Positions 44,783 to 52,546 of a DNA stretch of 64,000 nt are shown here, piece after piece. A program made the translations under genes and the position numbers. Each line of letters opens with the position of its first letter. Positions within the stretch are counted from its first letter, which is position 1. The notes under the pieces are model-generated. The model ran no database searches and was not told where the DNA came from. It worked only from the letters and a program-made list of their open reading frames with translations. Source of the stretch: an uncultured archaeon (lineage in GTDB: Archaea > Aenigmatarchaeota > Aenigmatarchaeia > GW2011-AR5). The stretch covers positions 10,638 through 74,637 of the forward strand of contig CAYJTG010000005.1 in NCBI GenBank assembly GCA_964373255.1, in the 5' to 3' direction.

Positions 44783-45823
44783 TCATTTTTTCACCTTTTC
44801 CAGATTAGTCAAGCGCAAACCGACAAGACGTATTTTCTTCTTTGAGTTCTGAAAGTGTGATAACAAATCATCAGCAGCATTTTTAACGTCGTCTATCGTT
44901 ATGTCACTGTTTTTTAACGATTTCTGTTTTGTGTGCGTTTCAAAATCCCCGAACCTTATCTTCAGCACAACTGTTTTGAATGTGTAGCCAGCGTTTGTTG
45001 CTGTTTCATATATTTCTTTTGCTGTATCATCTAAGACGACCTTTATTAAATTAAAATCGCCTGTATCCTTTTCAAAAGTAACCTCTCTGCCGATTGACTT
45101 GCTCTCCACGTGCTCAACAATATCGCTGTTGTCAATGCCATGAGCGTAGTGGTACATTACCAGTCCGGATTTGCCAAATATTTCCTTCAGCCTGTTCTGG
45201 TCGTAATTAGCAATATCGCCTATTGTTTTTATTCCTATGCTATTCAAAACAGCTTCTGTTTTTGGGCCGACCCCGTATAGCTTTCTTGCAGATAGCGGAT
45301 GAAGAAAATCTTCTACGTCTTCTGGTCTTACGACAGTAAGACCGTCTGGCTTTTTGAAGTCGCTTGCAATTTTCGCAATCAATTTATTGGGGCCTACGCC
45401 TATGGAACACGTAAGCCGCTCTTTTTGTAGGATTTCTTTTTTTATTTTCTTCGCCAGCAGCTCTGCGTCTTCATAGGTTCTTACTTTTTTTGGTATCAGA
45501 AACGCCTCGTCTATTCCTGCCAATTGAAATTTTTCTGCATATTTTTTGGCAATATTCATGACACCTTCAGAGACCCTCCAGTAGAGCTCGAAATTTACGG
45601 GAAGAAATACCGCTTGAGGGCACAGTCTGTATGCCTTTGAAATCGGCATACCTGAACGCACACCAAATTCTCTGGCCCTGTAATTGCACGTCGAAACAAC
45701 CCCGCGGCCTTTTCCTTGCTTCGGGTCTGCTCCCACGACAACAGGCTTGCTCTTTATTTCCGGTCTTTCTCGCTCTTCAACAGCCGAGAAGAAGGCGTCC
45801 ATGTCAATGTGAAAGACTATCAT
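44783..45823 (-). CDS. dinB: Y-family DNA polymerase IV (DinB/Dpo4)
   Basis: MIVFHIDMDAFFSAVEER...SIDEAFLD-like motifs (GIDEAFL), little-finger domain. 346 aa. Confidence 0.85.
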   Translation of the reverse strand: MIVFHIDMDAFFSAVEERERPEIKSKPVVVGADPKQGKGRGVVSTCNYRAREFGVRSGMPISKAYRLCPQAVFLPVNFELYWRVSEGVMNIAKKYAEKFQLAGIDEAFLIPKKVRTYEDAELLAKKIKKEILQKERLTCSIGVGPNKLIAKIASDFKKPDGLTVVRPEDVEDFLHPLSARKLYGVGPKTEAVLNSIGIKTIGDIANYDQNRLKEIFGKSGLVMYHYAHGIDNSDIVEHVESKSIGREVTFEKDTGDFNLIKVVLDDTAKEIYETATNAGYTFKTVVLKIRFGDFETHTKQKSLKNSDITIDDVKNAADDLLSHFQNSKKKIRLVGLRLTNLEKVKK

Positions 45824-45861
45824 AAAGTTAAGATAAGAAGGAAATTATTAAAAATCAGCTA

Positions 45862-46161
45862 TTAGGACACTTTTGTAATCACTATGTCATTAGAGTGCTT
45901 TAGTCTTATTTTTTCCTCATCAACATCTGACATAGATCTGTTTAAAGTTATGCGTATTTTTTTACTAGAATTGTTATGGCTTGTAATAGGATAAACCAAA
46001 TGAACGTGATACCCTTGTTCTTTAATCGTACTTAATAAAAAATCAGGGTCGTACCCATTATTTAATTGGAATATATATACTGGTTTACCTTTGTATACGC
46101 GCTCGTCAAGTGTTGTACGCATTGCAAAAAGGGTCCATAGCAGTTCAGAAGTATAGCCCAT
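45862..46161 (-). CDS. Hypothetical protein, 99 aa
   Basis: No motif recognised. Confidence 0.25.
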   Translation of the reverse strand: MGYTSELLWTLFAMRTTLDERVYKGKPVYIFQLNNGYDPDFLLSTIKEQGYHVHLVYPITSHNNSSKKIRITLNRSMSDVDEEKIRLKHSNDIVITKVS

Positions 46162-46192
46162 TAAATTCTGATGATTTCTATCTTTTTAAGCC

Positions 46193-46606
46193 TTACCTAT
46201 ATTTGCAGGGATCAGCAAAGTAGTTTATCTCTGCGCACTTGTTGCCGCTGCACGCGTATCTTTTGTACGATGACCCGTCTGGGCATTTGCCTGTTTGACA
46301 ATGAGAATCGTCATAACATTCGACCGTCGAGCCGGAAAGCCCGTCTTGCTGTTCTGCGCCACAGACCCAGCCGCACCTTTTCTGCTCGCACACCCAGTTG
46401 CCTGTACAGAGTATGTGGACAAGGTCTTGATTTTCACAGTCTTGGGGAACGTTGCAAAAGCCTATATTTGTATCATTTTTTGTATTATTTGACGTATAGT
46501 TCTTTTTTGCTGAAAGGTCTTTGTAGATATTGACAGAAGCAAAAGCAACGATCAAAAGCACTATTATAACTATATACAAAATCATCTTGCCATCAAATAG
46601 GCTCAT
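46193..46606 (-). CDS. Membrane-anchored Cys-rich protein (1 TM + 14-Cys ectodomain)
   Basis: ILYIVIIVLLIVAFASV TM helix then CNVPQDCENQD...CTGNWVCEQKRCGWVCG...CQTGKCPDG. Same architecture as 19272-19760. Confidence 0.3.
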   Translation of the reverse strand: MSLFDGKMILYIVIIVLLIVAFASVNIYKDLSAKKNYTSNNTKNDTNIGFCNVPQDCENQDLVHILCTGNWVCEQKRCGWVCGAEQQDGLSGSTVECYDDSHCQTGKCPDGSSYKRYACSGNKCAEINYFADPCKYR

Positions 46607-46650
46607 GATTGTGATGTGTAAACCAAATCTTAAATACGTAAAAAACTAGA

Positions 46651-46846
46651 GCACTGTCAACTTATTATGAAGCAAGTAAATAATCTGGATATTATAGCAA
46701 ACAAGAAATATAATACCTGATTCTTTTCTTGTTTAGCTATAAGGGTGGTTAGCCATTGCTAACCACCCAGAAAAGGCTGTTGCCAAAGCAGATAGACGCA
46801 CTTTAGTGCGTCAGTTTGTTTCAACAGCCGCTAAGTTGACAGTGCC
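46651..46846. mobile_element. Family-Z TIR element, copy Z2, with two nested insertions
   Basis: TIRs gcactgtcaactta / taagttgacagtgcc. A 79-bp XY-type element (ttatgaagcaagtaaataatctg...gtttagctata) inserted after caactta. A second hairpin module (agatagacgcactttagtgcgtcagtttgtttc) lies inside the ggctgttgcc...aacagcc loop. Confidence 0.6.
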
Positions 46847-46850
46847 AAAA

Positions 46851-47852
46851 TTAGAGCCACACTACTTCCACGTCATCAACACGCCATTTCGGGTTGAAGT
46901 CTATCTTCTTTGTTATTTTTTGCCCTGCGTTATGGGCAAGCCATCCGGCTATTGCTATCATACTTCCGTTGTCACCCGAATATTCCAAGGGGCATGCAAA
47001 AAGCTTCGCACTTCTTTCTTCGCACATTATGTTGAGCATTTCTGTCAGACGTTTGGATGCAGCAACGCCGCCTGTTGTCAGCACCTCTGTTTTTCCTGTA
47101 TGTGCAAGCGCTCGTTCTGTTACTTCTGTCAGCATCGCGTAGCAAGTCTCCTGAAATGAGAAGCATAGGTCAGCAAGCAACCCTGAGCGCTGTTTTTCTG
47201 TTTTTACATTACTATTTTCCCACTTCTGCACAGCAGCCGTGAGTATGCCTGAAAATGAGAGGTCCATGCCCTTTACAACGTAAGGCAGCTCGATATAATT
47301 CCCGCCTTGTGACAGTTGTTCCATCAGCGGTCCGCCGAAGCCCGGATTTCCTGTAACCTCGCGCATAAATGTGTCAATGGCATTGCCGATCGCTATGTCT
47401 TCTGTTTCCCCAAAAACGCGGTAGCGTTTTTGGGCGTAGCCAATTATTTGCGTGTTGCCTCCTGATACATAAATGACGATAGGGTCTTTGCATTTCGTAA
47501 GAAAGCGGCCTATTTCTATGTGCGCCACAGGATGATTTACGGCAACGACGGGCTTGTTTGTTTCCTTTGAAATTTGTGAAGCAAATTCTGCGCCGATTTT
47601 CAGACACGGCGGCATACCAGGCCCTGCTGAGTAAGAAATCAAGTCGATGTCACTAAGCGCAAGGCTTGTTTGCCCTAGCGCTTTGCTCAATACATCATCC
47701 TTTACTTTTTCATGGTGGTTCTTTGCCTCTATCGGGTGTATGCCGCCTTTCTCAGGCTTGTATACGTCGCGCACGTCTGCCAGAATTTTTTCCCCGTCGA
47801 ATATGCCTATGCCAAACGTATGGGCGGTGCATTCTATTCCGAGCGATATCAT
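46851..47852 (-). CDS. kae1: Kae1 (tRNA t6A37 threonylcarbamoyltransferase), stand-alone without Bud32 fusion
   Basis: MISLGIECTAHTFGIGI... with conserved HxxxH-type metal site (HPIEAKNHH) and the Kae1/TsaD ASKH fold. 333 aa. Confidence 0.9.
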   Translation of the reverse strand: MISLGIECTAHTFGIGIFDGEKILADVRDVYKPEKGGIHPIEAKNHHEKVKDDVLSKALGQTSLALSDIDLISYSAGPGMPPCLKIGAEFASQISKETNKPVVAVNHPVAHIEIGRFLTKCKDPIVIYVSGGNTQIIGYAQKRYRVFGETEDIAIGNAIDTFMREVTGNPGFGGPLMEQLSQGGNYIELPYVVKGMDLSFSGILTAAVQKWENSNVKTEKQRSGLLADLCFSFQETCYAMLTEVTERALAHTGKTEVLTTGGVAASKRLTEMLNIMCEERSAKLFACPLEYSGDNGSMIAIAGWLAHNAGQKITKKIDFNPKWRVDDVEVVWL

Positions 47853-47876
47853 ACGTAAGTAGTTGTAGAAAAAGTA

Positions 47877-48614
47877 TTAATTGATGAACTCTAAAATCTT
47901 ATTCATATCCTTTTCATTTACAAGGAATAGACGTCCTCTATTTTTCATATTTTTGAGAGTTTTGTCAGTAAAGACTTCTGCATTTGTTATTTCATTGGGG
48001 CAAAATAGAATGCCCGTTCCAACGCGTTTCAATATAGGCAGGTCTGTCAGTCCGTCGCCAATATATGTTATATCTTTTGCTGTCACGTTGTACAATTTCT
48101 CTATTTTCTTCAGCACGCCGACTTTCTCTGTTCTTACAGAATCGCCGTTTATCTCTCCCGTCAGAAAGCCGTCTTTTACGCCGAACCGAGACGCATAGAT
48201 ATGATCGATATAGCCTTCAATTTTGTTTTTTCTGAGAAATTTCTTTATTAAGCTTTTATCATTTATGCTGACGATGACAATCTTGTACCCCATCTTCTTC
48301 AGCTTTATTATCGCATTTTTTGTGTTTTTGTTCAATCCCATAAACATGCCCATTTTCTCAACGTATTCGTAGGGCACGCCTTTCGACAACTTCATTAGTT
48401 TTTTTACGTCCCTGAAAAATTTTTTCGGGTGCCTGTTGTCCTCAAGAATTTGAATCCCGTACTTGAGCTCTTTGAATTTGTTTCCAAAGACATTAGAAAA
48501 TTTTCTGAGCGTGCTCCTGTTTGTCAGGACGTCGTCAAAATCAAAGCATACAACTTTCATAGGATAAGTATTGGTAGTACGATTATAAATTGGTTGGGTC
48601 GATCTAATGTGCAC
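47877..48614 (-). CDS. HAD-superfamily phosphatase (phosphoserine-phosphatase-like)
   Basis: Motif I VVCFDFDDVLT, motif II S, motif III K...GDGLTD. 245 aa. Confidence 0.6.
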   Translation of the reverse strand: MHIRSTQPIYNRTTNTYPMKVVCFDFDDVLTNRSTLRKFSNVFGNKFKELKYGIQILEDNRHPKKFFRDVKKLMKLSKGVPYEYVEKMGMFMGLNKNTKNAIIKLKKMGYKIVIVSINDKSLIKKFLRKNKIEGYIDHIYASRFGVKDGFLTGEINGDSVRTEKVGVLKKIEKLYNVTAKDITYIGDGLTDLPILKRVGTGILFCPNEITNAEVFTDKTLKNMKNRGRLFLVNEKDMNKILEFIN

Positions 48615-48634
48615 AAGGAATGTATCTTCTATTA

Positions 48635-48889
48635 TTATTTTTGTATCTGCGCGTAGCCGCAGCGGCCACAGTATTTTCTGTTCTTGTACTGCGCGATGAA
48701 CGTGCCTGCACCACAGCGCGGGCAGTTTTCATTCTTTCTTACGGCTTTGCCGCCTTCTATCTTGTACAATTTCCAGACCTGTACCTTGGCGTGTTTTTTC
48801 TTTGACTTTGGCCTCTCTTTCTGTGATTTTTTCTCCTTCTTTTTCTCCTCTTTCACGGGCTCTGGTGGTTGCTCTTGCGGTCTTGGCAT
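48635..48889 (-). CDS. rps27ae: Ribosomal protein S27ae (S31e)
   Basis: C4 zinc ribbon CPRCGAGTFIAQYKNRKYCGRCGY after a Lys-rich N-terminus. 84 aa. Confidence 0.8.
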   Translation of the reverse strand: MPRPQEQPPEPVKEEKKKEKKSQKERPKSKKKHAKVQVWKLYKIEGGKAVRKNENCPRCGAGTFIAQYKNRKYCGRCGYAQIQK

Positions 48890-48910
48890 GATTATAAACC
48901 TCTTACTTTG

Positions 48911-49041
48911 GCTCTGTTGAAAACCTATGAAAAAGCATCGACGTAGACCCTTACGTCTTATCGACGTAAGGGTCAGCTAGAGCTATTGTCAAAAGACAAT
49001 AGCTCTCACGTCGATGCTTTTATTGAGCATTTCAACAGAGC
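48911..49041. mobile_element. Family-A MITE-like element, copy A2, filling the S24e-S27ae spacer
   Basis: Identical TIRs and outer stems to A1. Second hairpin carries compensatory change (ctattgtc-aaaa-gacaatag versus ctatcatc-gaga-gatgatag). Confidence 0.75.
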
Positions 49042-49043
49042 TC

Positions 49044-49358
49044 CTACTTTCCTTCTTTTCCTTTGCTATCTTTGGTCTGCTCTTCTGCCGGAACTTCTGG
49101 TTTTTCTTCTTTCTTAGACAGGTCTTTTGCCTTCTTTTCATCCCATATAAAAACGTGTGCGGTTGCTTTGGGCATGCCATTTTCTGGCATTATGTCGTAG
49201 ACTTCTATGTGCTCGACTTCTTTGCCTATCTCTTTGGCTAATAATTGCTGCAGCGCAGCTTTTTGTGGCGTAGGTTCTTCTGGATTTTCTATGCCTACGA
49301 CTAGCTCTTTTCTTTTCATGAACGGGTTATATTTTTCCTTTGCGATTTCTGTTTTCAT
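49044..49358 (-). CDS. rps24e: Ribosomal protein S24e
   Basis: NPFMKRKELVVGIENPEEPTP...EHIEVYDIMPENGMPKATAHVFIWDEKKA matches the S24e family; acidic/Lys-rich tail. Confidence 0.8.
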   Translation of the reverse strand: MKTEIAKEKYNPFMKRKELVVGIENPEEPTPQKAALQQLLAKEIGKEVEHIEVYDIMPENGMPKATAHVFIWDEKKAKDLSKKEEKPEVPAEEQTKDSKGKEGK

Positions 49359-49452
49359 AATTGATTCATTAATAATAATGACAAAGCTTTAAAAACGAAT
49401 TGAAGAAATCGGTAATAATCATATATATATCCCGGTAAACAAATTTTACAAC

Positions 49453-50781
49453 ATGGCAAAGGTCCGCATTACGCATGTAATTCTTTCGTTTCTTGTCGCT
49501 GCTATCGCATACCTGATCCCTTTTGGCTTGGAAGAGGGCGCGCACAGTATGCTATTCGTTATGGTATTCGTTGCAGCGCTATGGATCAGCGAGTCTGCAC
49601 CGCTTTACGCAACAGCCATTTTTGCCGCGTTTCTGATTATAACGATTGTCGGGCTTAAGCCTAATGACGTTTTTCCGCAGTATTTTGACCCGCTTATAGT
49701 TCTGCTCCTCGGCGGGTTTGTCATTGCTGTTGCCATCAACAAATACGGATTGGATGAGTACATTGCATACAAGATTATTGCCAAGACCGGGACAGGTTCA
49801 CGGATGATTGTTCTCGGCCTTATGATAACAGCCACGTTCTTATCAATGTGGATCAGCAACTCTGCGACAGCAGCGATAATCATGCCTATCGCACTTGTAG
49901 TACTTGCAAAGAACAGGGTAAAAGCCGGAAAGTCAAATTTTGGCAAGGCGTGCGTCCTCGCTGTCGGCTATGGTGCGACTATCGGCGGGATCGGAACAAT
50001 AATCGGCAGCACGCCAAACATAATAGCAGCAAAATTCCTTCATGACCGAGGCGTAGAATTCGGATTTTATGAGTGGCTCTACAGGGGATTTCCATTCATG
50101 ATTATTCTTATGCTTGTTGGCTGGTTAGTTCTTATCACATTGTACAAGCCTGAAAAAAAAGAAATAATAACAATAAGAAAAACCCAGAATATGACCCGCG
50201 ATCAAAAGAAGGTCCTTGCAATATTTGTTTTGACAGTATTTTTATGGATTACAGAAAATTTCCATGGTCTAAGCAACAGCACCGTTTCGCTTGTGCCGAT
50301 AATTCTTTACTACTTTTCCGGATTGTTGGTCACGGAAGATTTTCTGAAGATCGACTGGCCAACGCTCATTCTTGTTGGCGGCGGCCTTGCTCTTGGATTT
50401 GGGATACATGCAACCGCCCTGGACAGCAACATGGCCGCAGTTTTGTCAAATGCTGTTTTTGGTCAGGGCGTACTTGCACTGTTTATCATTCTTGGTATTT
50501 CAGGCGTGTTGATGACGATATTTATCAGCAATACGACAGCTGCAGCCGTATACCTGCCGATAGTTGTCGCGCTTGCTTCGTCGTTCGGAACAGGGATTAC
50601 AAACGTTGTTGTAGTGGCTGCAATTGGTGTGTCGCTTGATTTCATATTTCCGTTCGGGACGCCGCCTACCGCCATAGCATACGACACAAAATTTGTCAAT
50701 ACAAAAGATATAGCAAAAGCAGGAATAATTATATCAGCGATAGGTGTGGTTCTGCTCGCATTGATAGGAATGGTATGGTAG
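49453..50781 (+). CDS. Anion permease of the ArsB/NhaD/CitMHS (IT) superfamily
   Basis: 442 aa; ~12 TM; internal two-fold repeat. Motifs such as SNSATAAIMPI / SNTTAAAVYLPI are typical of DASS/ArsB-like transporters. Confidence 0.65.
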   Translation: MAKVRITHVILSFLVAAIAYLIPFGLEEGAHSMLFVMVFVAALWISESAPLYATAIFAAFLIITIVGLKPNDVFPQYFDPLIVLLLGGFVIAVAINKYGLDEYIAYKIIAKTGTGSRMIVLGLMITATFLSMWISNSATAAIIMPIALVVLAKNRVKAGKSNFGKACVLAVGYGATIGGIGTIIGSTPNIIAAKFLHDRGVEFGFYEWLYRGFPFMIILMLVGWLVLITLYKPEKKEIITIRKTQNMTRDQKKVLAIFVLTVFLWITENFHGLSNSTVSLVPIILYYFSGLLVTEDFLKIDWPTLILVGGGLALGFGIHATALDSNMAAVLSNAVFGQGVLALFIILGISGVLMTIFISNTTAAAVYLPIVVALASSFGTGITNVVVVAAIGVSLDFIFPFGTPPTAIAYDTKFVNTKDIAKAGIIISAIGVVLLALIGMVW

Positions 50782-50796
50782 TTTCGTTGTAATATG

Positions 50797-50976
50797 TCAC
50801 ACCTTTATCGCGTACTTTCCAGGCGCAGTTATTCCAAGCTTTTTCGCGACTTCTGATTCTGTATCAAATATTACAACTACGCCCTGAAAGCTGCTCGTTG
50901 TGTTTGTGGATTTGCACACGGGGCATACGTTTCCCTTTGTTATTATCGCCTTGCAGTCCTTGCACGCTTTTTTCAT
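50797..50976 (-). CDS. spt4: Spt4 / RNA polymerase subunit E'' (59 aa), not in ORF track
   Basis: Hand translation: MKKACKDCKAIITKGNVCPVCKSTNTTSSFQGVVVIFDTESEVAKKLGITAPGKYAIKV. C4 Zn ribbon plus GKYAI(K/R)V C-terminus are Spt4 hallmarks. Confidence 0.75.
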   Translation of the reverse strand: MKKACKDCKAIITKGNVCPVCKSTNTTSSFQGVVVIFDTESEVAKKLGITAPGKYAIKV

Positions 50977-51087
50977 AATACATCCCTTTTCTTAAGACTG
51001 ATAGACGCATCGAAGATGCGTCAGTTTGTTTAAGGTCTGTATCAATCCCAAAAGAACATGGGATCTTTCAGACCTTCAATTTCAATA

Positions 51088-51642
51088 TTACCTTTCCCTC
51101 TTCTTCTTTTTTTTATCCTTCTCTATCCAGTCCAGCGACCCAAGCAGCGGCTGCCTCATTGTAAGCGATATCTTGCTCCGGCCCTTTCCCAGAGAGACGC
51201 CAACAATGCGCGCCCTCACGAGGTCGCCCTCTTTCAGTCTGTATCCTGATTTCTTTCCTGTGAATATGGAATTTTTTGCATCGTAAGCAATCTTGTCGTC
51301 CATTATCTGGCTTACATGGATCAGCGCGTCCAGCGGCCCGACTCTTGTGAATGCGCCAAATTCCGTGATATCGACTACCTCGCCAAGTACAATCTCGTTG
51401 AGTTCAGGTCTGTAGGCGAGTATCTTGAATTCGACAGGATAATAAATTGCGCCATCCTCGGGAATTATTTTTCCCTCACCGACCTTAAGAACTTCGGTCA
51501 CCGCCAGAAAAACTCCTACGTCAGGATTCAGTTTTCCCTCGATCTGCTCCTGAAGAGATTCTTTGACAGACTGCCCCAATTCAAGGTCAAACTTCGTCGG
51601 CGGCACGCGCACTTCGTCCTTAACCGTCAGTATTTTGAACAT
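51088..51642 (-). CDS. rpoE: RNA polymerase subunit E' (Rpo7/RpoE), S1 domain
   Basis: MFKILTVKDEVRVPP...N-terminal domain then S1 fold (GEVVDITEFGAFTRVGPLDALIHVSQI). 184 aa with Lys-rich tail. Confidence 0.8.
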   Translation of the reverse strand: MFKILTVKDEVRVPPTKFDLELGQSVKESLQEQIEGKLNPDVGVFLAVTEVLKVGEGKIIPEDGAIYYPVEFKILAYRPELNEIVLGEVVDITEFGAFTRVGPLDALIHVSQIMDDKIAYDAKNSIFTGKKSGYRLKEGDLVRARIVGVSLGKGRSKISLTMRQPLLGSLDWIEKDKKKKKRER

Positions 51643-51653
51643 TCTAAATCACT

Positions 51654-51761
51654 CTACATTAAGGGAAACCCAGGTTTCCCTTATAACACGCAAAGAACCA
51701 AAGGTTCTTTGGTGCACCAGAAAGCTTTGCTTTCTGTGTGTCTAGACTTAATCCCTTCCTG
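51654..51761 (+). repeat. Family-H hairpin-string element, copy H2, immediately upstream of rpoE
   Basis: cattaagggaaacccaggtttccctta / aaagaaccaaaggttcttt / cagaaagctttgctttctg / tctagacttaatcccttcctg. Confidence 0.6.
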
Positions 51762-52016
51762 AAATTTTTGCTTAAGCTTTTTTAAAAAAGCTTACTAGAC
51801 TTGCCTTCCCTCACTTGCCTGTTTGTTCTCATGAGTAGTTAGAAATTTTAAAATCATGAAGAACATATCTTTCTTGAGAGTAAGAGGTTTTAAAGCTTTC
51901 TTTCATCGGTATTGAAAAATTAACATTCCACCATTTTTCTACAGTATCTCCGAAAGTTGGATTACTGCCTCTTTGCAGTAATCCTCTACCGAGGTATATG
52001 CCACAAGGCGTATACC

Positions 52017-52307
52017 TCACTTTCGGAGATACTCTTCTATGTAGAACAGTACTTTGTTGGGATCGACAGGCCCATAGGACATTTTGTGCTTGTGATTTTC
52101 AAAGACCGATAACATGTAATCCCCCGGTTTGATACTTTGCACTATATCTGTTCTTTCTTTAGGGACAAATATGCCATTGAATTCATCGTGGCAAACAATT
52201 TCATAACAACCAGGAAAATCAGAAGGTTCTTCTATGTGTGATACTTTCCTGACTCTAGTATGAAGACCATTTTCAATAAGCTTGTCTGTAGTTTGAACCT
52301 GTAGCAT
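52017..52307 (-). CDS. Hypothetical protein, 96 aa
   Basis: No motif. Confidence 0.25.
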   Translation of the reverse strand: MLQVQTTDKLIENGLHTRVRKVSHIEEPSDFPGCYEIVCHDEFNGIFVPKERTDIVQSIKPGDYMLSVFENHKHKMSYGPVDPNKVLFYIEEYLRK

Positions 52308-52546
52308 CGAATAAACCCGATTCCAACTATCATAGAAAACTTTTTAAAGACGTTTCTGTTTTTTGTTCTGTATGTTAAGTTAATGTGATCCAAATAAATA
52401 ATCGTGATACTAAATTTGGATCACAGTACATAGCGAAACAAAGTTTCGCTTGTACAGGTAAAGCTTTGCTTTACCATGTACTGTGCACAAGGAATGTAAT
52501 ATACCGATTCATTCCTTGTAGCACATTAAAAGAAAACAGAGCCCGT

